In this document: one piece after another, positions 19,187-28,300 of the stretch
How positions within the stretch are numbered: the first letter of the stretch is position 1
Layout of the letters: each line of letters starts with the position of its first letter
DNA from: Bacteroidota bacterium
Lineage (GTDB): Bacteria > Bacteroidota > Bacteroidia > M30B66
Assembly: GCA_027483445.1 (NCBI GenBank)
Contig: JAIXUS010000038.1
Span: 83,931-147,930 of the forward strand
Direction: 5' to 3'
DNA: 64,000 nt
The notes under the pieces: model-generated
What the model was told of the DNA's origin: nothing
What the model saw: the letters and a program-made list of their open reading frames with translations, nothing else
Databases searched by the model: none
Translations under genes and position numbers: made by a program

Positions 19187-19332
19187 TGCGCCACCGATTG
19201 AAGCCGGCAGCGCCCGAATTGCGGGTGCGGCAGCCATGTGGGCTGTGCCGCAATTGGGGACTAAAGGCGAAAAGCGGGATGCCCGGCGAAAACCAAAGTA
19301 ATAATGAGCAGCCAACCGGGCAGGCGCCCAAA
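19187..19332 (+). ncRNA. Structured dispersed repeat, Flavo-1-like RNA motif, copy 3
   Basis: Same conserved blocks as 4450-4573. Internal stems AATTGCGG/CCGCAATT and TGCCCGG/CCGGGCA. Confidence 0.6.
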
Positions 19333-19721
19333 TCATTGAGGTGAAATTCACGATGCATGATAACCTTTAAATAACTTCAATAGCTGGGAATTCACTGATA
19401 TTTAAACCAAAACTTGTTCATTTTCTTTAGTATGGTCAATGAGCCACGTGCACTCTTGATTCGTGAAAAATTTTAACATTCCATTGACCGGAGAATCAAC
19501 GTCTGCTGTAAATCAGGTAATTCAATTCTGCTTTAGAACGCATAACATTTGAACCGAAAATTGACAAATAAGCGATACATTGTTTGAGCAGAATTATGGT
19601 TGATACTGTTCACTAAATCGTTTACATGTTGATTTTCAACAACCTACAACTGTTGATTTATGTCTATGTCTGAGGCACGGAAATCGGATGATAAGGCGTT
19701 ATTTGCAGTATCTTCGCTTGA

Positions 19722-22700
19722 GTGGCAGTTGTGAAAACGCGTATTCTTACGATTCTATTTTTATTTGTAGGGGCATTTCCGTTGCTGGCGCAGGTGAACA
19801 GCACTCTTCGCAAGCGTACTTTGCCTTTAGGTGGCGATACTATTCGGATTGATAGTTTGAGTATTGCGCCTGGAACACTGCGGTTTTCTAAAGGTTTCGC
19901 CGATAGTGCCGCTTATCGTCTGGACTTGAGTCGTGGGGTTTTGATTAAAAAACCTGGAGCCATTTTAACCATGGATTCTTTGTTTTTAGAATATCGTGTT
20001 TTACGAATTCCGCTGCAAAAAGAATTTCGGAGTAAATCGCGAAGTTATGCTCCAAACGAAGAGCGGGGTATTTTCAACCCCTTGGTTTACAGTCCACCTA
20101 GCCGCGAAAAAAACGCCCCTGTATTTGGTGGATTAAACAAGGCAGGATCTATTTCGAGAGGTATTGCTGTCGGAAATAATCAGGATTTAGCGGTTAATTC
20201 CACATTAAATCTTCAATTATCGGGAAAACTATCGCCTGAAATTGCGGTAAATGCAGCCATTACCGACGATAATATTCCGATTCAACCCGATGGAAACACG
20301 CAACAGCTGCAAGATTTCGACAAGGTATTTATTGAATTAACCTCAGAAAAAGCCAAATTAATTGCGGGAGACTTTCAAATTACAAGACCGGAATCTTATT
20401 TCTTAAACTTCAACAAAAGACTTCAAGGACTTAGTCTGGAAACACGGCAGGAGGTGGCTATTATTCCAGGCATGGGTAAAGCAAAAGTGAGAGCCGGAGG
20501 TAGCCTGGCTGTAGCCCGCGGGCGATTTCACCGCAATACCATTCAGGGAATTGAGGGCAACCAAGGCCCGTACAGATTGCGTGGGGCAAACAATGAACAA
20601 TTTATCATCATTCTCTCTGGATCGGAGAAGGTTTACATCGATGGACGCTTGCTCAGACGTGGCCAGGAAAATGATTATGTTATCGATTACAATTCGGCGG
20701 AAATTATATTTACTTCTCGCAATTTAATGACAAAAGATCTGAGGATTTTTGTGGAATTTGAATACTCCGACCGCAACTATGCCCGCAGTTTATATCATAT
20801 CAATACAGAGATCGAACAAGGTAAATTAAGTACGCGTTTGAATATATTTTCTGAGCAGGATTCGCGCAATCAGCCCTTACAGCAGCAGCTCAATGACGAG
20901 CAAAGAGCTGCACTGGCTTTAGCTGGCGACACGATTGGAAAAGCACTTGTAGAAGCCATAGATAGCGTAGGATTTACGCCAGATTTAGTGCTCTACAAAC
21001 AAATCGATACTCTTGTAAACGGACAATTATACAGTGGGGTTTTAGTATATTCCATATCGCCTGATTCGGCCATCTATAGAGCTACATTTACGAATGTTGG
21101 CGCGAATCGCGGAAATTACATTCAAGCCAGCTCTAATGCCAATGGACGAGTATTTCGCTGGGTAGCACCAATAGATGGGGTTCCGCAAGGAAACTTTGAA
21201 CCTAAAGCACAACTCATTCCTCCAACGCGAAAGAGAATCATTACCATTGGAAATGATTATCAATTCAATAAACGGATGAAAATATTCACAGAGCTCGCCT
21301 TTACAGACTCTGACTTAAATACGTTTTCAGACCGTGATCAATTTGATGATCAAGGCCAAGCTGTGAGAATTGCTGCAGAGCACAAGCTCCCGTTGGGGAA
21401 AGACAGCATGGCATGGCAACTTACCTCAACAGCGAGTGTTGAATATGTGAGCCGTTTCTTCAGTCCTCAAGAACGTTGGAGAAACGTTGAGTTTGACCGT
21501 GACTGGAATCTTCAGCAGCTCAGCAATACGCCAGCCGACGAACTGCTGCCGAGACTTCAATTAAATTTGCAGAAAAGTCGAATTGGAACGTTAAACTACT
21601 TATTCACCTCATTTATCCGACAGGGCGATTTCAGGGCTTCACAGCACAGTTTAAATACCGATTTAAAAAAAGGGAAAAATCGATTTCAATATATTGGGAG
21701 TTTAACCAATAATGCTTCAACAGCTCGAACATCGAATTTTTACAGGCATCGCACGCTGATCACTCGGGATATTTATCGTTTTCAACTGGGTTATAAAGAT
21801 GAATTTGAGCGCAATTTAATTGGAGATGCTTTGGCGGGTGATACCTTATTGGCTCAGGCCTATCAGTTTTTTGACCGTCAATTCTTCATTCAAAACTTAG
21901 ATACTGCCCGTCAGAAATTTAATTTGTTTTATCGGGTTCGCACCGACGAGGGTGTTCGGAGTAACGATTTATTGAATTATGCACGTGCTGAGAATTATGG
22001 ATTAAGTGTTGACTTTAACTTCGGTGAAACGGCTCAATTACGAACGATTACATCAATACGAAACCTCTACATCAACGATACCCTTTTGACACAATTGGAG
22101 CCGGAGCGGACCTTGGTCAATCGGTTTGAATTAAGTCTTAGATTGTTTAAAAACAGCTTGAATTCTACGACCTTTTACGAGACCGGCAGCGGATTAGAAA
22201 CTCGGAAAGAGTTTAGTTATCTGGAGGTACAGCCGGGGCAGGGTGTTTATTCGTGGACCGACTATAATGGCAATGGTATTAAAGAATTGAATGAATTTGA
22301 AATCGCGGTTTTTCAGGATCAGGCCAGATTTATCAGAGTTTTCACTCCAACGAACGATTTCATCCGTGTGTTTTCTACCCAATTCAATCAGGTTTTCAAC
22401 CTTAAAACACCGGTTAGTTGGAATAAAACGAAAGGAGTGAAGAAGCTGGCTTCGCGTTTTTCCGGTCAAATGGCCTGGCGTATGGACAGTAGAACAGCCT
22501 CGCAGGACATGTGGAAAGCATATAACCCATTCAGGGCCGGTATTGACGATTCGGAGATGATAACCCTCAACCGTTCATTGCGGAATTCGGCTTTTTTCAA
22601 CCGCAGCGACCCGCGTTTTGGTATAGACTTTAATTGGCAACAACTTTCTACAAAAGCCTTGTTAAACAATGGTGTGGAGAGTCGCGACAATCGTTTCAGT

Positions 22701-23213
22701 AATCACCGCATTCGATGGAACCCCGGTGATCGCTTTACATTATCGTTGGAAACCCGCAATGGTGAAAAACGATCTGAAGCAGAGTTTTTCACCAACCGTG
22801 ATTTCCGAATCCGATATACCGAATGGGAGCCCCGTATTTCTTACCAGCCTAATGCAGCATTCAGGCTGAGTTTGAACTACAAATACAGCCAAAAAGCCAA
22901 CGATCCAAACCTGGGTTCAGAATTCGCTTTTGGCAATACTGCGGGCTTTGATATCAAATGGAACCAGGCCGATAAAGGCAGCTTGCAAGCCAGGTTTAAC
23001 TTTATTCTAGTGCGATACAATGGTGAACAAAACTCACCCATTGCTTTTGAAATGCAAGAAGGACTAAGGCCGGGCGAGAATTACACCTGGGGCATAAGCT
23101 ATCAACGTACTTTGGCCAATAACATGCAGCTAAACCTCAATTACGATGGGCGTAAATCGCCTGATGTTAATACGGTACACGTTGGTGGTGTGCAGGTTCG
23201 CTTGTTTTTCTAG
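19722..23213 (+). CDS. Large predicted outer-membrane beta-barrel protein of unknown function
   Basis: 1163-aa ORF with signal peptide (PLLA|Q), amphipathic strands throughout and a C-terminal VQVRLFF. Confidence 0.8.
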   Translation: MAVVKTRILTILFLFVGAFPLLAQVNSTLRKRTLPLGGDTIRIDSLSIAPGTLRFSKGFADSAAYRLDLSRGVLIKKPGAILTMDSLFLEYRVLRIPLQKEFRSKSRSYAPNEERGIFNPLVYSPPSREKNAPVFGGLNKAGSISRGIAVGNNQDLAVNSTLNLQLSGKLSPEIAVNAAITDDNIPIQPDGNTQQLQDFDKVFIELTSEKAKLIAGDFQITRPESYFLNFNKRLQGLSLETRQEVAIIPGMGKAKVRAGGSLAVARGRFHRNTIQGIEGNQGPYRLRGANNEQFIIILSGSEKVYIDGRLLRRGQENDYVIDYNSAEIIFTSRNLMTKDLRIFVEFEYSDRNYARSLYHINTEIEQGKLSTRLNIFSEQDSRNQPLQQQLNDEQRAALALAGDTIGKALVEAIDSVGFTPDLVLYKQIDTLVNGQLYSGVLVYSISPDSAIYRATFTNVGANRGNYIQASSNANGRVFRWVAPIDGVPQGNFEPKAQLIPPTRKRIITIGNDYQFNKRMKIFTELAFTDSDLNTFSDRDQFDDQGQAVRIAAEHKLPLGKDSMAWQLTSTASVEYVSRFFSPQERWRNVEFDRDWNLQQLSNTPADELLPRLQLNLQKSRIGTLNYLFTSFIRQGDFRASQHSLNTDLKKGKNRFQYIGSLTNNASTARTSNFYRHRTLITRDIYRFQLGYKDEFERNLIGDALAGDTLLAQAYQFFDRQFFIQNLDTARQKFNLFYRVRTDEGVRSNDLLNYARAENYGLSVDFNFGETAQLRTITSIRNLYINDTLLTQLEPERTLVNRFELSLRLFKNSLNSTTFYETGSGLETRKEFSYLEVQPGQGVYSWTDYNGNGIKELNEFEIAVFQDQARFIRVFTPTNDFIRVFSTQFNQVFNLKTPVSWNKTKGVKKLASRFSGQMAWRMDSRTASQDMWKAYNPFRAGIDDSEMITLNRSLRNSAFFNRSDPRFGIDFNWQQLSTKALLNNGVESRDNRFSNHRIRWNPGDRFTLSLETRNGEKRSEAEFFTNRDFRIRYTEWEPRISYQPNAAFRLSLNYKYSQKANDPNLGSEFAFGNTAGFDIKWNQADKGSLQARFNFILVRYNGEQNSPIAFEMQEGLRPGENYTWGISYQRTLANNMQLNLNYDGRKSPDVNTVHVGGVQVRLFF

Positions 23214-23317
23214 GCATCAAGGTTTTGAGTAGATGACTGTTGATTTAATTTTAATTTTCCTCAAGCCCTGATGGTATTTTCCACTATTTTTAGCGATGTA
23301 ATTTCAATAACAAGGGG

Positions 23318-23731
23318 ATGTCTGTTAAGAAACCGAAGGCAAAGTACGCAACTGTGATGCTCATTGATGACAGTGAAATCGACAACTTCATCAATCAGAA
23401 AATGGTGGAAGGCTGCAATTTTGCCGACCGCATTTATGTTCATACCAGCTCGAAAAGCGCGCTGGAGTTTTTGGCCAACTTTGAAAGAGCACATCTTCCT
23501 GAAGAACTGATTCCTGAAATCCTGTTCCTCGACATTAACATGCCCATCATGGATGGCTTTCAGTTCGCTGAGGAATTTCAGAAGTCTTGTCCGAGGATTT
23601 ACGACAAAATCAAGATTGTTTTCCTTACCTCTTCCTTAAATCCGGTTGATCAAAAACGGGCAATGTTGGTTCGAGGGGTTTACTCTTTCCTTAATAAGCC
23701 TTTAAGTAAAGACCATCTGGACAAGCTCTAA
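23318..23731 (+). CDS. Single-domain response regulator
   Basis: MLIDDSEID, LFLDINMPIMDG, FLTSS and FLNKPL. Confidence 0.93.
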   Translation: MSVKKPKAKYATVMLIDDSEIDNFINQKMVEGCNFADRIYVHTSSKSALEFLANFERAHLPEELIPEILFLDINMPIMDGFQFAEEFQKSCPRIYDKIKIVFLTSSLNPVDQKRAMLVRGVYSFLNKPLSKDHLDKL

Positions 23732-23743
23732 TCAGCGTATATG

Positions 23744-23777
23744 AAAAAGGCCGGAGTTTATAAAGACCGGCCTTTTT
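23744..23777. terminator. Bidirectional intrinsic terminator
   Basis: AAAAAGGCCGG...CCGGCCTTTTT between convergent genes. Confidence 0.85.
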
Positions 23778-23800
23778 TGTTGGAAAAATCTGAGGAGGGG

Positions 23801-25252
23801 TTATCGTTTCACAACTTGACTGAGTTGTTTAATAAAGGCTTCATCTACCTTAATATACTCAAGCATCCGGTTAGACTTTTGGTTGAGCAGGTCGAATTTA
23901 GCAAACAGTTGCGTGATTTTCTGATCTACATGGCGCGCCGAAGAACTCATTTGTAAAGAGAGAATCTTGTAGAAGATCAGGGCATTTTCGTAACCCATGT
24001 CGTCGTTAATTTCTCTGATTTTCCGTGTAACGCTCCTTAACAGCGAAGTAGCAGGATCGTATTTATTGATCATCGAATAATTGAGTGCAAGTAAAAGCTT
24101 AACTTCAATTTCCGTATGCGGATAGTTTTTAAAACTAATGTCGTTGATCAAGCCATTCAGAATTTGAACGGCCTCCTGGTACTTCTTCGCATAAAATGCA
24201 GAGGTGGCTGCATACTTAGCAAAATTGATGTAGTTTGGAATATCGTTTCTATCGGGTTCGTAATTGGGTAATTGTTTTTTATTCTGCTCATACAATTCGG
24301 CTTCAGTACCCAACTCAATATGCCGTTCAATTTTTGAAATGAGGAATTTAGTCGTAAAACAGCAGTGGTTGAAAAGCAGGAATGAATTGAGTTTTGCGTC
24401 TACTGCATCGAAGTATTTCGCCTCTTTCTTAGGCAAATTGAGTTTGTGGTAATATTCGAACGCCAAGAAATTATAAACCAGTTGTAAATGCTGGTAGTTG
24501 GTATCTTTACTATACGTGGTAAAGATTTTCTCCATTTTCACCAACACATCTTCAATGGGTTCATCGTCTTTGATGGCCTCTGCGTTGGGAACGAACAGGG
24601 CAAACGACACATCCACAATACTTTTGTAAATGGTAAGATGGTGTGATGAATAAAGGCTGCAAATATTGCCCATTTCCTGCTTGATCAGGCCGAGGTATTC
24701 AACCTGCATTTTATTGCGTGAAGCGTAGTATTCACCGATCGACTTCATGAAGGAATTCAACAAATCTTCTGCTTTGTCGAGGGCAATGGTGTAAGCAAGG
24801 TGCTTATTGTAAAGCTGGGTGTATTCGTAATATTTGGGCGAATGTAAATGGAGCTTCTTCAATGCGCTATACACCGACGATAATTCGTAGGGCATATCGT
24901 AATTCTGCAATTCCGACTCTAACTTCGATAGGATGGCAATAGCAGTGTCGCGGTGGGTGTCGTAAATCAAGGTAGGAATGTTCGCCACCTTTCTTAACAA
25001 ATCGATAATTGGGGTCGACATGTTGTTGGTGAGAAAATCCTGAATTTTGTCAAACAGGCGGGACTTTAAAGTATAGTATGCTGAGGTATTCACACTCAGC
25101 ATCTCCTGAATTTCTTCATCGGTATACTTGTTCTCCCGGTAAAGCTTGAGCAATCTGAGATATTTGTCTGCTTTGGTTTCGACAAACTGCCGACACAAGT
25201 CGTTGAACTCGTCTTCCTTAAGCTGCAGAACAATGCTCTTAAACTTGATCAT
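23801..25252 (-). CDS. Cytoplasmic all-helical (TPR-like) hypothetical protein with a possible N-terminal HTH
   Basis: 483-aa ORF with no signal peptide, a Leu/Tyr-rich helical pattern and the segment EEIQEMLSVNTSAYYTLKSRL. Confidence 0.7.
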   Translation of the reverse strand: MIKFKSIVLQLKEDEFNDLCRQFVETKADKYLRLLKLYRENKYTDEEIQEMLSVNTSAYYTLKSRLFDKIQDFLTNNMSTPIIDLLRKVANIPTLIYDTHRDTAIAILSKLESELQNYDMPYELSSVYSALKKLHLHSPKYYEYTQLYNKHLAYTIALDKAEDLLNSFMKSIGEYYASRNKMQVEYLGLIKQEMGNICSLYSSHHLTIYKSIVDVSFALFVPNAEAIKDDEPIEDVLVKMEKIFTTYSKDTNYQHLQLVYNFLAFEYYHKLNLPKKEAKYFDAVDAKLNSFLLFNHCCFTTKFLISKIERHIELGTEAELYEQNKKQLPNYEPDRNDIPNYINFAKYAATSAFYAKKYQEAVQILNGLINDISFKNYPHTEIEVKLLLALNYSMINKYDPATSLLRSVTRKIREINDDMGYENALIFYKILSLQMSSSARHVDQKITQLFAKFDLLNQKSNRMLEYIKVDEAFIKQLSQVVKR

Positions 25253-25310
25253 ACCTTACCCTTTTTGCCCCGAATATAGAACAAAAAGAATATGTGAATT
25301 TCAATACTTC

Positions 25311-28300
25311 TTAATTTTCATCAACAGTTCTATGCTCACTTCCCGGAACTGTGCGAATTACCTCCCAAGTTCCGTCGGCGTTTTCCCGCTCAACCATGTA
25401 AAAACCAACGCCATGAGCTCCCCAGCCTTTGTAAGGTGTCCAGAGTAACTCGATGTACAGGTCGTCGAGCGGCTTGGTTTGAAGTACAATATTGTCGCTA
25501 GACTCGCCCTGAATACCGAGTAATCCACAGCTGTTAGTAGCCATCACACGGTAATAGTATTTGGTAGCCTGAACATTTACCGCTTGATCGGTATAGCTGG
25601 TTTGGAACGCTGGTAAAGTGGCTATCAATTCCCATGTTTGCTCATCGGTTGAGCGGTAGAGTAAATACCCATTCACACGGTCTCCCATGATTTCAGGGAC
25701 CAACCACTCGGTAAGCACAAAGGCATCTTCAACTACTGTTGAACGGGCCGTGTTCACCTGTTGGCTTTCAAATAGGTTTGCGATTGGAGTACTCATATCA
25801 TAATCCGACTCTGACTCCACGTGCCATTGACCGTTTAGTCCTTCGGCGCGGATGTCGTAGCGGTATTTCACCGGACAATACACACTGCTGTCGATGTAAG
25901 AGAGTACATCACCCGGCACCGTTCCCAAGTCTTCTTCGAGATTGGAGTTTTCTTCGGTTCTGAAAATCCGGTATTGCGAAGCGGTTTTACCAATGTAAGG
26001 GCTCCAGTTTACCTCAATGGTGTTATCGACCCGGGTGGCAACCTCAACATTTATCGTACAATGTTCAATGAGCGAGTCGGTTTCGACACTGTAGCCGCAG
26101 CGGTCGCGGGTAAGCAGTTTATAACAATACACCTCATCGAGGGTGTTTAAGCCCTGATCGATATAGCTAACCAAGTGAGCCTCAGTGATGGTCGCAATCA
26201 CCGACCAAGAGCCATCCGCATTTTTGCGGAATAATTCATACGCTCCAAAGTCGGGTGCCGTAGATTCTTCCCATTCGATTATTGTGCTTATTGGATTGAT
26301 TACACTCACGCGGATTATCGGGCTCACCGGCGCAGCCAAGGTATCGAAAACGTTAACTATCGAAGGTAAGATGAGCGTATCGGCACAGCCATTCGCATTG
26401 GCTACAGTAAGGCTAACACTGTAAAACCCGGGGTTAAAATAGACTTCTGTTGGGCTCAAGTCGTTGGAGGTAGAGCCGTTACCAAAATTCCAAAGGAAAG
26501 ATGGGTTTTCGAGTTGCCACGATTGGTTGGAAAAGCTAACAGAAAGTGGAGTGCAGCCCTCGGTGCCATTCAAGGTAAATGCGGCTACAGGAACAAGGAA
26601 CGAACGGATTCCATCGATCACAGCGGTATCGGAACATCCAAATGCGGTGGTTGCAATCAGACTTACATTGTAATTACCCGGATCTGAAAAGAGGAAAGTT
26701 GGATTGGCGGATGTAGAAGTGCCCTGGCCTCCAAAATCCCATGAATACGTCGCGGCACCGGTGCTTGTATTGGAAAAGTTAACCGGGTGCGGAGCACATC
26801 CTGACATGTCGTCGACTGTAAATCCGGCTACAGGGTAAGGGTGAATCTGAATGGGAGCCGGAATGGTGTAGAATGCGCTGCAGCCTAGGGTGTCGCGGCT
26901 AAACAGAGTGATTACATAATTACCCGGAGCGTAATAGGTAAAGCTTGGGTTTTGTTCGGTGCTGGTTGAGCCTTCCCCAAAGTTCCACTCCCACTCTACC
27001 GCTTCGTTGGAGAGATCGGTAAACTGGATAGGTGCACCAACGCAGGTGCCTGATGACTGAAAAGTAAACGAGGTTGCCGGACCGAGAACGGTAACATAAT
27101 CGGTGTACAGAGCGGTATCGCTACAGCCATTAGCATTGGTAACAATCAGTTGGACGTCGAAAACACCGGGCTGGTCGTAGAGTTTTACCGGATGTTGGAC
27201 TGTTGAGCTGGACCCGTCGCCAAAATCCCAAAGCCACGCTACGGCCTGAGAGGATGAGTCGAAAAACTCCACTACTGAAGGTGCACATCCTGCCGGAGTT
27301 GGAGAGCTAAACTGAGCTTGAGGTCCATCCACATCAATTGGAACAGCCATGCTCACGGTATCGCGGCAGTTATCGGAAGTGGTTACAACGAGGGTAGCGG
27401 TATAATTTCCATTTTGGGTGTAAACGTGGTTTACTGTAGCTCCTGAAGCAGAAGCGCCATCACCAAAGTTCCATTCCCAGGCAATCATACCCTCGGTAGG
27501 CGTACTAAATTGCACAGAGAGTGGATTACAATTTCCTTGAAAGCTGGCTGTAATCTCCGGATTAAGAAGTTCAATGTGCGCCTTTGTCATCTGATCGGTG
27601 CAGCCATTTGAGGTGACAATCGAAAGTGAGATAGAATCGGCCGGTTCTGTAACGAAGGTGATGACCGGATCTTGTTCCGTAGAGGTAATGCCGTTTCCAA
27701 AATCCCAGAACCAGGAGACGGCATCAGTTGCCAATGATGTAAACTGCACTGTTACAGGAAGGCAAAGCCCACTTTGAACAAATGAGAAATCAGCGTTAGC
27801 GCCATGAACAACTACAACACTATCGTGCAATACCTGCACAGTACATGTTGGGTCTAACGAACTGGTAACTCTTTGCACTACAGAATAAACCCCAGGTGTA
27901 TTATAGGTTTTTGGCGTTGGTCCGTTGTAAACACTTCCAGTCCATGTAGCCAGCGACCAAGTGCCATCACCCCAAAACCAGGCAACATTGGTAGAATTGG
28001 GTGTAGTGTTGGCAAAAGTTGCGGTAAATGGGGCGCAGCCTTCGTTAGGGCCAATGAAGTTGAATGAAATGTTTGGGTTCGCCACACGAATAGTATGGCT
28101 GAGTTCGGTAATAGCAGTGCAGCCCGTTGGCGTAGTTACAGTTACATGAATGGTAAATTCGCCTTCACCAATAAATGTATGTTCGGGTGAGGCCTCATTG
28201 GAGGTCTGCCCATCACCAAACTCCCAGAAAAATGAATACCCTGGGGTATTTTCGAGGTTGTTTACAAACTGAACCGGGGCATTGCATACTTTATCCGGAA

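Noticed and set aside
18858..19351. ORFs 18858-19067 and 19169-19351
   Set aside because: They coincide with the GC-rich structured repeats, which open frames by chance.
19673..19688. AGGCACGGAAATCGGA as a sigma-54 promoter for the 1163-aa gene
   Set aside because: The -12 element lacks TTGC, and a housekeeping-like TATCTTCG lies nearer the start.
25253..25310. Frameshift or readthrough continuation of the PKD protein that would supply the missing FN3 strands
   Set aside because: Reading through the stop gives EVLKFTYSFCSIFG, which is not FN3-like. Only 58 bp precede the next gene and no CTD lies downstream.
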